Below, in pieces: positions 29,485 through 42,268 of a stretch of 64,000 bases of DNA (within the stretch, counting starts at the first letter, position 1; each line of letters starts with the position of its first letter). The position numbers and the translations under genes were made by a program. The stretch is from Orbicella franksi (taxonomy: Eukaryota). The DNA lies in contig OZ116710.1 of the NCBI GenBank assembly GCA_964199315.1, forward strand, positions 1,488,001-1,552,000, read 5' to 3'. The notes beneath the pieces were generated by a model, which ran no database searches, was not told where the DNA came from, and saw only the letters and a list, made by a program, of their open reading frames with translations.

Positions 29485-30227
29485 GTATTTATGACCATAT
29501 ACCTCCTCTCTCACAGATAGTAAAACTGTTCAAGAAAAGTACTACAGCAATTACAAACATCAAATTGATCCTCTCGTGTTTATATAAGAGGTGTTCAACA
29601 ATTTTGAGCTTACCTTATTATAGGAAATTAATGCTCTTGTTAATAAATGTATTTGAAATTAACGTGACTTAAATTAACGTGAATTGAAGGTAAATTTGCT
29701 TCCCAATAATGGAAATTAACGCGAGAGAGGGAGTAAGATTTCAAAATGAGAGAGGTTAACGCACCAGCTACACCGAAAAAAAACCCCAGAATTTGCTGAG
29801 AACAGGAACAAATTTATTTGAACACTGTAAAGCTGACAGAGAACACAAACAAAATTCAGTTGAAGTAGACTAAATGTTTTATTAATGTAAAAGATTGATG
29901 TGAAATGTAAAGTGCGTGAATAAAATTTATTGTTTGGCTGTGTCAAGAACAAATGGAGTGTGTCACAGATTTGGGGGAAAATGATAGTAATTAATGTTGC
30001 GGAAAGTAACATGCAACCTAATTAACAGTGTGGAAATTAACATTAACATAAGTTAACGCTAGCAGAGCCAGTTCAATCTTTCCTAGGTAAGTTGGGAAGC
30101 TGCCTTCCTCTTTCCAGACTTATTTAGACTTATCTAAGTTCAAAGCAACTCTGCTAGCACTAGAGCCTCCAACCCTTGGTGCATTGGTGACCCTGCTATA
30201 ATGCCACACCTAACTCCATGTTCACAT

Positions 30228-30480
30228 CATTCTCATCCCCAGAGACCGCACTCCTTTTGGTCAGCAGCAAGAATCACGGCCTCTGGCCACACCTGATTTT
30301 CTAAGGATGTGCAGAGACACTGGAAGTCCACGATTCATGGACTTCCTGTCAAATCTGGCAAATCTGATTGTCTAAGAATACAAAACAAATACTCTGTGCG
30401 TGCTCAGAAAATTGGGCCCGGCCAGAGGTCGCAATTCTTGGTGCTGACCAAAAGGAGCGCAGCCTCTGGGGACGAGAATG
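30228..30480. mobile_element. MITE with TIRs of about 60 bp and a 9-bp TSD (Mutator-like)
   Basis: TGTTCACAT at 30219-30227 and 30481-30489. TIR CATTCTCxTCCCCAGAG...TTTTGGTCAGCAxCAAGAAT...CCTCTGGCC. Confidence 0.85.
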
Positions 30481-30562
30481 TGTTCACATGTGTGACAAGA
30501 ATGTGTTCCTCCTGAAAATCACCTCTAGGTGATTGGAGGCCTCCTCTTAAAATATTAGTTTA

Positions 30563-30564
30563 TA

Positions 30565-30620
<56 letters not shown>

Positions 30621-30836
30621 CGTCCTCACGTAATGTTTGCTTAGAGTCCTTAGGGCCGAGACCAGACCATGGTCCTGGGGCACTAGGGGATAGCCAGTTT
30701 TTAGTGCTCGTAACCCAGAGCAGGGTGGCTGCAGGGTTGCTGGCACTTGCCAAAAGTGCCACCCCAGACTCTGGTGGGCGGGAGCGTCCAATTTCCCGAA
30801 GTAGGCTAAAGCGTAAGCTTGTTCTACTCCATGCCC

Positions 30837-30887
<51 letters not shown>

Positions 30888-30893
30888 GTTATT
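30563..30893. repeat. Two (ATT)n arrays (about 30563-30620 and 30838-30893) enclosing a GC-rich insert of about 217 bp
   Basis: Directly visible. Insert spans 30621-30837. Confidence 0.9.
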
Positions 30894-31122
30894 ATTTTTT
30901 TTTTTTTAAATTAAAAATTAAAAAGCAAACTTTATTGAGCACTTTTCCATACAAACTTGAATCTTACATGTATCTGGTAAAAAATTCAGAAATTCTGTTG
31001 TTCCTTAAGTTTTCGGTAATTATAATAGTAATAATAATATCAAAATAATAATAATAATAATAATTTATTATCATCATCGTCATATCATATATGTCATGAT
31101 ATCATGGTTACTACAACTAATG

Positions 31123-31153
<31 letters not shown>

Positions 31154-32160
31154 TTTTTTTTTTTTTTATAAATAAGGTATATACAAGGTAAAAGTAAGTA
31201 AAAGAAATAAACTATTAAAACCTATTTCAACAGTGTTTACATAATGGCTCCCTCCTGGGTTTCAACGTCAATATCGGTATATTACAAGGTAAAAGTAAAT
31301 AATTAAATTGTTATTGTTATTATTATTATTACATATATTTTGTTTAGACTATTTAATGAACAAGGTTGCCTTTTAATTTCGTCCCCTTATTTTGAAACAA
31401 AAAGATGAACATTACCACTTTCTCATCAGAAGTGAGAGAGAAGAAAGACAGATTTTAAATAATTTTTATTCTAGCGATTATGATATTTTTGGAGAGATTT
31501 TAAGTTTTTTTTTTTTAGTGGGTACGAGTTGTGGGGGAAGGTTCTGTTGACATACCAAAGCTTAAGAATTCTGGTGGCAAAAAAATATAGAAAGTTAACA
31601 TATCTCTTCTGATTTTGTAACTTACCTGAGAGGAAGAGGCTGAATACCACTGTACCTTGCACTTTACTCCACAGTTAAAAGTAACACCATCAAGTTTACA
31701 ATTAGCTGAGCTGTGTCCCGTTGGTCGACGGAATCTGGCTCGGTTACCAAGCTAGCATCGTAATTTTATCAATGGTTGCTTTCCCAAACAGAGAACTACG
31801 TGCGTACCTGTAGGCCTTCGTAAGCAACAAAGTCCTAAGATGTACGCTGGTTATTGTTAAGTTCAGACAAAGCTCCCTTTAACTTTGATAGCAGAGTTCG
31901 TGATCGTAGGTTCCAAGTCTAATATGGCGACCAATATGGCTCGGTTACAAAGCTCAGAGAAAATCCGCTGACTTACCCAGTTTGACGTTTGGCCGAGGGC
32001 TTGGGCGTTTCGCGTTTACGAAATGTAATATTGCATGGGATTGATTTCACAGAGTCACGCTCTTTTGTTCAGGGTCTCAGTTCGAGCCGAAGATGGCAAG
32101 GTGTTGGTCTTATTCCAGGTAAGAAATCGACCTAACCCCGTCTAAGAGGTCTTTAAAACC

Positions 32161-34268
32161 ATGGTCTTTAAGTATGGCCAAAAATGTACTGAACAGATAC
32201 AATCGCAAGCTCAAAAATGCCTCGGCGAAACTACCAAGTTCGACCAAGTGGTTAGCAAACGTACACAACCAAGATGTTATCAGATCTCCGGTACAGCCAT
32301 CATCTTCCTCATCATCGGACTGATCGTGGTTATTTTATGTCGCCGGTACGTGAAAGATGTCTTGGAATGGCTCCAGAATCTGGACGAGTGGCAAGGAATG
32401 CTGCTATTTGTAATCATGTTCACGGTAGTCTCTTTTCCTATGACATGGGGATACATTTTATTAAACGTAGCAGCAGGCTACTTGTATGGATTTATTCTGG
32501 GATCTATGGTTGTTGTTGTTTCTGTCCTGTGTGGTGCGTCAACTGCATTCATCGTTTGTAGAAGATATTTACGAGATTTCGTTCGCTCAAGACTGGAGTC
32601 GGACAGTTTAAAAGCGATCATGCGGGTCGTGGAGGGAAAACGTGGTTTTAAAGTGATTGCATTAACAAGGCTGACCCCTGTTCCGTTTGGATTGCAAAAT
32701 GGACTATTTTCGGTAAGTTAATACTGCAATAAAGCCATAAGGCGTACTGTATTTTCGTCACATGGAAAGCCATTTTCCGACATGTGTCCTCGCGTGTGTT
32801 CGTTCAGGTGTTTCTGCAAACAGCTGGCAAAATACTAGAGCTTTGTTTATCTTTTACTTTCTTGTAGCTACTTTTGGTGTAATCATTTGTTCCCGTATGT
32901 ACTACATTTTAAAGTACTGTTGATTTTTACGGTTATAAATACTGGTAAATACTTCTTTCAGCAAATTATTCAAGCGTGCATAATTTGACACTTAAGTAAG
33001 CTACAGTAATACCCGCAGCTTAGCACCCTCCCCTTATAGAAGTAGAAATTTATCATACTACACCACACAAATATAACTGAATTGGAACACGCCTAAAACA
33101 CCCACTACAGCTTAGGTTTTCAATCAGTGAATTTTTTAAAAAAGATCTCAAAAGCAAATTCTTGCCTCAAAGTTTTCCTTTGGAATTCAAACAATCTGAA
33201 AGGGGACCATAATTTCTGAAAAAAAGTCATTTTTTAGATTAAATTTTAGAGATATTTTTGGAATAGTCTTTGGTGTAACATGATAAACTATTTTCACTGA
33301 AAAGGAATGAAAATTGTGAGAACAATTTAAAGAATTCACTGCATGTGCACATGCCCATAATTTGATGATGATGGTGTGTTGTTTGCAGCATTTCAATAAA
33401 AATGTCTCAAGCAGAATTAGGCCATGTTATTTGAATTTATGCAGTAAAAAGTGGGGGTCACCATGTTCATTTGCAAGAAAACAATAATTTATTTCTTTGT
33501 TATGCTTAGTTTGAAAAATCTGTTTATGTGTGTATGTGCATGCGCTCACGTGCAGGGAAATTGACACAAGGAATTATGTGCAGTAAGAATGTGGAGTGCA
33601 ATTCAGTTGAATCACCCCAACCAAATAAAAGATATATGGAAGTTGGACAAACCACTGATTATTTTGTGTCCAGTATTATCTCTAACATTTAGTACATGTT
33701 AATATTGTGAAAAGGAATTCAAAATTACTCCTTAGTCCCTGATTAAAAATGTTTCTAGACAGTGCTGTATCAAATCAAAGGTATAATTAGTTTTTCTTTT
33801 TTCCCTCACCAGGTTACTAATGTCAGTACACCTAAATATGTAATTTCATCTACACTTGGGCTTTTACCTACACAAGCGTTGAATGCATACATGGGATCTA
33901 CGTTTCGTTCTCTGGAGGATGTTGTGCAAGACCAGTCTGGTAGTTACATTTTACTCTTTGTTCAATTCATTATCAGTATTCTGCTGATGACGCACGTAAT
34001 TCGCAGAGCAAGAAAGGAATTAAATAGAACTTGTGAGGAGATGGAACCAGATGTTCTAGCAAATGGTCATGTGATAACAGCTGTACCAGAGCAACTTCAA
34101 AGAATTTCTTCAGAAAAGAATTTTGCAATGGACATTGATGTGGAAGCCCAGTTGGAAGAAAAAGAGTTTATTGACAGCAACATGAAGAAAGGCCACAAGA
34201 GATCAAAATCTGCATCTGCTGTGCTAACTGCAGTAAATGAAATTTCAAAAGGTGCTCAAACTCCTTAG
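32161..34268 (+). CDS. TMEM64: Transmembrane protein 64 (DedA/SNARE-associated VTT family), about 335 aa
   Basis: Exons 32161-32712 and 33813-34268, phase 0. Motifs FPMTWGYILLNVAAGYLYGF, ALTRLTPVPFGLQN and GLLPTQALNAYMG. The exact start is uncertain; a short upstream exon with an ATG and donor lies at about 32095-32119. Confidence 0.93.
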
Positions 34269-35728
34269 CTAGTCTAACTTGTTGAAAACGAGCTTGCTTA
34301 TGTTATGTTGAAGTTTGGCAATACTGGATGTTTCACACAAACTTGTTTTAAATTTAAATGGAAATGTATAAATCAATTTCCTGTGATAGCTTTTTAATAC
34401 ATGTATAGGGGAAAGGGTGGGCAATTTTATTTGAATATTTATAAGTTTGAATAACACAAACCACTCTTAACTATTTGGTTTGATGTAGGTTTGTAATTTC
34501 AAACAATTCACAAACATTTTGTCGCAAACCTGACAGTGTGTGGTCCTCATGCATTATTCCATATTTAAAAAAAATCTGATATGGGCTCTGATCAGATCTA
34601 TTAAATGCATTCAATGTTATTTACAAATCCTCTTATGTCCAAATCTTAATTTTACCGGTAGTGTTATAATAGCATTTGAATTTGCTGAAAGAATATAATT
34701 AATCAGGAAACAAGTTTTGATATTATTATTAATGCAGTCCAGTCCATTTCATAAAGAAATGATCCACTTGGATATTAATAAATTATTACACTCAATGCAG
34801 CATATCTCGCTATTTAGAAGTATATTAAAACCAATCTATTTCAAAAGTTATTTTTTTGAAGAAAAAAAGGACTAAATTATTATGCGTGCACAGAATTACC
34901 AAGGCCACAGCTTGTTAAGCAAACAGTGAAAACAAAATTCAAACAAAATAAGGTAACATTAACTGTAGTGGATATAAGCTTCAATGTGGCTATTTTTTTT
35001 CCTATTCTTCATTACTTCTCATGTAACAAACAAAGGATTTTACAGCTTAGCTAGATTCCATTATCAACATTGCTTTCCTTGCACCATACATGTACTTAGT
35101 ATTAATAGGGATCTGGTGTTTACCATAGCTTTTGTTAGAATTTCCAAAGGATTAGTGCCATTAAATTAGGTTCTGTTTTTCTTTTTCTCATTAGGATAGA
35201 ATTCTATAGAAAAGATGCTATACAGTAAGGATAACATCCTTCATAGTCATGAGCACATATTTAATACTAAAAATCTTTTATATCTTTTCACACATTTTTT
35301 GGACTTTGTGTGATGGTGAATAAAATGATACAGTAATAAAATAAATCAACTTCATTCAAACTTACACTTACATTATGCAGTTGTCCTCTTTCGCTAGATA
35401 ATTTAATTTCCAGAGCTTTGTGTCATATTGTGAAATTTCAATTTTTATTTTTATCACAAAAGTATAACTGTATAGTGTTCAAATTTCAGTAATAAACAAA
35501 AGCAGTACATTTTGACTATTTCTGTCACCTCGTCTTTTTTATTGTCATCTTCGTGACATATTTTAGGACTAGGTGTAATATGAGAATTATAACAACATCA
35601 TTGTTGGAAAAAATAATTTTTTTCAAGCAGTCTTGAGTTGTGTTGACTTCTGACTGTTATATATAAAGTTGATTATCTAGAATATACACCATAAGTCACT
35701 CAATGCAATCCCATGACAAGTGAATAAA

Positions 35729-36541
35729 TACCATAAATCCTTGAATTAGTGCCCAGGGTGCTTATTTACAATGTAGGAGAAGATAGGGGGTGCTTATTTA
35801 AGGGAGGGGCTTAATCGAGGTAGGTAGGTAAAGTCTGTACACAAGCCAAGTGGCCCATCAGGCTGGAGCTTATCCCCATTTCTGTAGCATGAAGCGACTG
35901 GGAGTATTTCTACTCCCCCCTGGATGGGATGCTAGTCCATTGCAGGGTTACCCCCAGCATTAAGTTCGCCGGTACCCATTTATACACCTGGGTAGAGAGA
36001 GGCACTGCGAGAGTAAAGTGTCTTGCCCAAGTACACAACACAATGTCCCCGGCCAGGGATGGAACCCGGATTGCTTGATCTGGAGACGAGCGCACTAACC
36101 ATGAGGCCAACCATGGGGCTTAATCGAGGGGGGCACTTATTTCATTTTTCCCAAATCGTGTTCAGATATGATTCTTGTTTTGTAATATACGCATGTGTCA
36201 TAAGTCTCAGAGGGATCCTGTCTCTCTTGAAGAACTACATAATATAACACCTTTAGCCGGTCTTGGCCTGCTGCACAAGGTTGGTTGGGCCTTAGCCAAT
36301 GAATCAGCAGCATCTGCTATGACGGTCAATTCACAGTGCTTGGATGAGTTGATAATCGCTTGTGATTGAATACTACCAAAACTATACCTTCTCTGTTGTC
36401 TCAATACTCTTCCATAAAATGGGGGGGGGGGGGGGGGGGGAGTGGAGGGGGGTGTTTATTTTAAATTTTGGCTGATAGGAGGGTGCTTATTCAAAGGGGG
36501 CGCTAATTTGAGGGGAGGCGCAAATTCTAGGATTTACGGTA
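35729..36541. mobile_element. TA-flanked non-autonomous DNA transposon hosting a SINE
   Basis: TIR TACCATAAATCCTTGAATTAGTGCC versus revcomp TACCGTAAATCCTAGAATTTGCGCC. Repeated GGGG(T/C)GCTTATT subterminal motifs. Confidence 0.7.
35821..36114 (-). mobile_element. Full-length tRNA-derived SINE with 15-bp TSD
   Basis: TSD GGGGCTTAATCGAGG at 35806-35820 and 36115-36129. On -, A box TGGCCTCATGG and B box GGTTCCATCCC at the 5' end, and a (TACC)n tail. Confidence 0.9.
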
Positions 36542-37243
36542 CCAGTATATATCTAATTATTATTAATAATGTTTGTTCCCTGTGTTTGTTGTTTAGAATG
36601 ACTAAGGGGAATATTGATTCTTGAACACTAGTGACTCACTGTGATATTTAATAATATTCAATGAGATCTCTTCAGACGAGTAACACAGGGAACATGAACG
36701 TTTAAGAGCAAACGAAAGATACTTTTTTTCTCTCATTCTTTGCTTGACTACACTTGGAGTGGGGCTTTGGTCAACTCTAGATAAAATCTGCAGGCTAGCT
36801 ACAAAAATAAATTCTGTAAAATGGAACATTTAAAAAATAAAAAAACATTGTCTTTGTTCCTGTCAAGTTATAGAAACACAACTGGAGGTTTGGGAGAACA
36901 AGAAATGTTGTGGTCTCCACAAATTTTTCCCAAACTTGCATGAGTGTTTCTATAACTCCAAAGAAACATGGAAAATGTTTTCTTTTTTTTCAGAAAATGC
37001 TTTGAGAGAAAGAAAGAAATATCACATTTTTATATATTATTATTATCAAAAGGTAAATTCTCTTTGCTTCTGCCATCATTATGTCAACTCAGCTGTATTC
37101 CTATGGTTTTTAGCATGTGCTTTCTTACAGGACGTTTTCTCAAATTTAATAAACCGCGGCATTATTCTTCCATTTAGGCAAATTTCTCAAATGAAAGCAT
37201 AATTCATTTCATGAAGTTCATTTCACTCGGCCACTACTGCACA

Positions 37244-37514
37244 GAGGCGGCGTGGCTGAGTGGTTAGAGCGCCAGATTTGAAATCCGTAGGTCTCGGGTT
37301 CAAATCCCGTTCTGACTGCTAGCTGATGTTGTTCTTGGTAGCCCCGAGCTCAACTTCTCGGCGACGCTTGCAAATAGCCAACTGGTCTGCCTCCCACCAG
37401 TTGGGATTCTTAACCTAGTTATGTTTATTTGAATATTTATTTATCACTGTTTGTTTACATTGGTCCTGAAAAGCCCCAATGGGGAGTGGTCCATTAGGTA
37501 TACATACACACATA
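37244..37514 (+). mobile_element. tRNA-derived SINE of a second family
   Basis: Head GGCGGCGTGGCTGAGTGGTTAGAGCG...GGTTCAAATCCC (A and B boxes), then a non-tRNA body and a (TACA)-like tail. Confidence 0.8.
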
Positions 37515-37936
37515 CCAGGTTCCCTGCAGCTTGAGTGGAAGCAAACTTGACTGTATTTATACTGTTAACTTTTTCACAATGCATTTATATTATTGTGTCA
37601 CTTCATGAAATGAATTATGCTTTCATTTGAGAAATTAAAAAAGGAAGAATCAATAATTAGCTAATATCACAGGCCTCCAATGCTGAAAGAGACTCTAGCT
37701 ATATGGTTCTCCTCATACATTCAATGATGCTGTTGATAAAAATTAATGATGTTAACTTTTCCTTTTTAAAACATAATTTTATAATATTATTAAAACAGAA
37801 GTAAAGAACAAAGTCTAAACAGATGTTTCAGCATGCCTGAATAATGGTTCACTTAAAAAATGCTTTAAAAAGTTAAATATTACTGTATGTCAAAAATACA
37901 AAATCTTATTAATTTTCAAGATCCCTCCCATATTTA

Positions 37937-40900
37937 TCAGTCCTTTGGTTTCATGAATTCTCTTTTTGTTTTTTTGGAGGGTTGATTTATAGAAGGACTG
38001 TCTGATTCGAAACTAGCACCAACTGATGATCTTTTCCTTTTGGTTGAAAATTTCTTGGCTACTGTTCCCACAAAGCTTTCATATCTATAAAACAAAGACA
38101 CTGTTAATTTTTTCAATCAAGGCATACCAGGGCTGCCCCTGAAAAACAAAGTTGTTGAGGAACAATTAAAAACCTATAAGCTACTCACTGTCAGATACAA
38201 GTGAAAATCAGATAAAGGCATTGTTAATGAAATAATCTCATGAGATGTTATATGACCAAATCCTTTAGCTGATAAACATGCAGTATTGTTGCTATGTTTA
38301 CATTTGACTCTGTAGATGACCACTGCTTAGGTTGTCAATCAGGGATTGTCACACAACAGTCCACAGCAACAACAACAACCTTTTTTCACACTACCTGGAC
38401 CATCACACTAATGTCATCAATATTTATTGTCTGGCAGGCATGCAATGCATGCTAAGTCCTATGTAGACGTCATGTTGCATTTTTCTTGTATTTTGTGTTC
38501 TCTACTGGATTGTTATATCACAATATCTTGGACTGACATACAGTTAAACTGCATGTATTAGTCCCTAGGGGATCATTCCATGTTTTTGTTTCCCTTAAAC
38601 CTTTTTTTGGTGCAAGTATTTTCCACAAAAGAGTGGTGATAACAGTAATAGCTGGTGGTTTACAGGGCTGTCATTAAGTTTTGAGTCAACTGTAGCCTTG
38701 ATCTTCACACCCGTAACAAACTTGTTACCTTTTAGGTGAACTGCACATCTATAGTACACTCGACCAGTAACATCAAGGGAAAATCAAGCATACTTGGCTG
38801 TAGCAGGTGTTACGGGTTACAGCCCTTAAAGACAGCTGTGGTTTACAGCTAGTTCAGCTAACTTGTTCCCTAAAGTAACATTGACAACCCTACTTTTGTC
38901 AGACAGTATATCCCAAATCAATAATTTACCTTTTTGCCATCTCTTCGTCAGAAACTGTTTCTTCCCTTTCCCTAGCTTCTGATCTTGCCAAATTTTCCTC
39001 AGCTAACATCTCTTTGAACATCTTCTGTTGACAAAATTTGTAGCAAACCATTGGCTCAGGACCCCCAAGCTGCACTTAAGGTGCCTACAGGCATACCATA
39101 TTTTTTATTTTCTCTCCTTCAAAAAAGTAAGTTCTCCAAAAAAAAACTTATATTTGAAATAAATATGAATAATTCTTTTATGATTTAAAAAAAAAAACAA
39201 GAACACTTGAATCAGCCGCCTCTTGTACACCACTTGCACTAGTCTTCTCTTGGTTGTAGAGGACTTTCCATATACGATGATTAAGGAACACGTGACTTCT
39301 CTTTCTGTTTCAGAGGTACTTTTCAGCATGGAATATATAATTTGAGGTAATACAAATTTATACTAAACACAAGAGACAGTGTTTCATCAGGATATCAAAA
39401 CACTGTCTCGAGTGTTGATATATTTAATCTTCTCAACAAAAACAAAAACTAGGGAGTAAAGGGAGAAGTAAAATCCTCAAAATCTATGCTAATTAAGAGC
39501 AGGTGTCCAAACCTCCTTCATGGTTGTGATTTTCTTTGTTTTAACTTAATGAATTATCAATTAATGAGTTTGAGAAGTTATGGAATACCAAGTGAGAGCT
39601 TGCTGTCTTCAGTCTTTCACTTTTAAAGTAAATACAGGAGCCATGGCAGTGGTTTCCAGTGAGTCCTTACTTTCCTAATCAGCAGAAGGGGTGACAGTCA
39701 CTTTCCATTCAATGAAAAATTCTGTTTTAAATTTCAGAATTGTTAGTGACCAGTGGAACAGAATAAATTTATCAGAAATTTCCGGAAAACCTTGTAAAGT
39801 ATACCCAAATGTTCAAAATTTCTTACCTGGAATTTCTGTTCCATTAATGGAAATACAACAGTTTCTGGCTTTTCTAGAAACTTTACCTGAAAATGTCTGC
39901 ACCATTTGTTCCTGATTCGAAATTTAAGGAATTTTTGGTTGAACGGATAGCCCCTAAGGTTTTGTTCAATTTAGTTTTTTTTGAAGAACTTCCTTTTTGA
40001 TGTAGGCTTACAAATGAGGTCTGGATTCAATTTTACCAAGTTCCAGGTTCTTGGTTGAAACGTCATTATAATTGGACTCTGAAGTGAGCACCCTCTTTGT
40101 AATTGCCAGGTTTCAGAGGAAGTCATTACATTCCAAATAAAAAATTACCTCAGCCTCCTTCTGGGGTTTTAGTTTAATCAAATGTAACACCCTCTAAGAA
40201 ATTGATAGTTTATAAAGCTGTAGTTTAATGGGGTTCTTCAGTTTGTAATAAGCAAGCAAGTTTAAATATCCAAGTTTTGCATTGTGAGAAGTTGAAATGA
40301 CAGCCCGAGAAGGCTGTCATGTAGGCCAAAAGATGATTTATCATTTGAGTTATTGCAAACTTGACAGTCCTTGGGTTAGACAATGTATGAGCTCAAGAGA
40401 AATAACTTTTAATAGCAATACTCTATGAGAGATGTTTCTGTTACTTTACAGCTACCATATTAGCAACCGTCATATGTCTCTATACAAAAATCTTGCAATT
40501 AGAGTGAAACAGTTCTCAGAATGATGTGTCAATGAAAAACTGCACAGACCTAAATCTTAGCAAGGTTAATAATATATAAATCATCAACCATATTCTAGAC
40601 TCTTAACTTGAGTTATTGAATGATTCATTTTTTATTTTTGATTGCATGACAGTGAAAACCAGCAGTAAAAACTCCTCCTTGAGTGACGTTTTCTCTAATC
40701 AGTGTCCCTTCCTAAATGCAACCCTATTGCAAAAGCTGCATATTTCAAGTTATAATTTGGCATAAAATAAACGGACAAGACAAGTGAATCACATTGAAGA
40801 CTACATGTATGTCATGGTCTGCTTTCCATATGAATGTAACATTTAAACATAATGAAGTGATACAGAGAATGGCTGTATTACGCTATCGTACAGTTGTTGA

Positions 40901-41920
40901 GTTATATCATGTTGTTCTGCATTCCTATTGAGAAAATAAATGAGTGGTCCGTCCTTAATATTGTGTCCATGCTATCGCATAAGTGCCCTGCATTAAGCAG
41001 AGCAAAATGCTGTGGGCCCTAATTTATTCAACATGTTTAGTATTTACTGCTCACAGTGTCCCTGTCAACCCAGGAGGATACGCAATTCATTGTGATGGTT
41101 TACTATGGGATTGCACACACAAATGTACATTAATCTATTCAGGTTCAAACATTTAGACTTACTTCAACTGTTGGGTTAAAGTTCTTGAAAGACATCCTAC
41201 CACTTGGATAAAGTTCCTCACATTTGACATAACTGGGTTCAAATTCAATGCAACTTCTAAAAAAAATTCAAAAATCTTGATTAGCAACTAATTTGTTAAG
41301 AAAACCACAAAAGCTGAAATGAAGTATATCGACACGTATATCTGCATTTGATGCATGCTGTGTGGAGAGCGCAAGTGGACGATGCAACCTTTCAGGTTAT
41401 CAGGTGTTAAAGGTGGAAATAAGGAACATTTAAGATGAAGTTATTTAGGAGAGTTGGCATCAACATCTCTGGCAAAACACATTAAATTGAACAGAGTAGG
41501 AGATGGGGAGCATGCCCCCAAACCCCCTAGCGGCTCATTACACGGTATAACCCTGAGAGGAAGACCTCACCTCTCCCCAACCCCCTTCTCCCAAGCCCCC
41601 TAGCAGTCCAAGTAGTTTCAGAAAAGCTACTACATAAGGATATAACAAGCAACTATTTAATTTTATTAAGCTAACCGATCATCTTTTTCTCTCTCGTCCA
41701 GTACCCAGTGCGATTCTTCAATAGCACGTTGTCGCTCTTCTTCGAGTTGGCGGCGATAGTCTGATTCTGCTTTCCTCCTCATAAACTAAATATTAAAAAA
41801 AGGGATGAGTAGTATTGAGCACAAGTATTTAATAGTAACAGTAGAATACCCTACCTTCATTTCCATGAGATTTTTCGACAAAGTTTTCTTCGATGGTTGT
41901 GGAGCAACTTCGGCCGCCAT
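37937..41920 (-). CDS. MPHOSPH6: M-phase phosphoprotein 6 (nuclear exosome cofactor MPP6), 170 aa
   Basis: Exons 41855-41920, 41676-41785, 41163-41256, 38930-39024 and 37937-38084 total 513 nt. Motifs LSKNLMEMKFM, EESHWVLD, GRMSFKNFNPTVE, VSDEEMAKRYE and FMKPKD*. Confidence 0.95.
39697..39954. mobile_element. Decayed MITE in an MPHOSPH6 intron
   Basis: Degenerate TIR CTTTCCATTCAATGAAAAATTC versus GAATTTTTGGTTGAACGGATAG. Boundaries are approximate. Confidence 0.5.
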
Positions 41921-42268
41921 GTTGAATTTTATTCTAGTTCCCAGTCCTTCGAACTTCTTCACTCCAGCTCAGCTCAGCTGAAGGCGCGCGCACTTTTTCC
42001 GTTTTACCTCCGGCTGAGTTTCCTTCAGGGAGTTAAAGCCATAACTTTGCTTGAAGTCGATGGGTAAACCCTGACTTCAGATTTCTCTGTTCTCCGCAAT
42101 GAAATACTAGTGACAGAACAAGCTATCGGTAGAAAGCAATTGCTTCTGTATAACACTACTGTACGTTTGAACGCACGCTCACGATTGCACAGAACGACAA
42201 TAAATGTCGTCACAAACGGCATAAGACGTAGTCTGTATATTTCACTGTGTACTTCATCAACACCGGCT

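Noticed and set aside
30547-31048. ORFs with poly-N, poly-I and poly-Y
   Set aside because: Microsatellite translations.
37244-37320. tRNA-Ser(TGA)-like gene
   Set aside because: It lacks the long variable arm and a proper acceptor stem, and continues into a SINE body.
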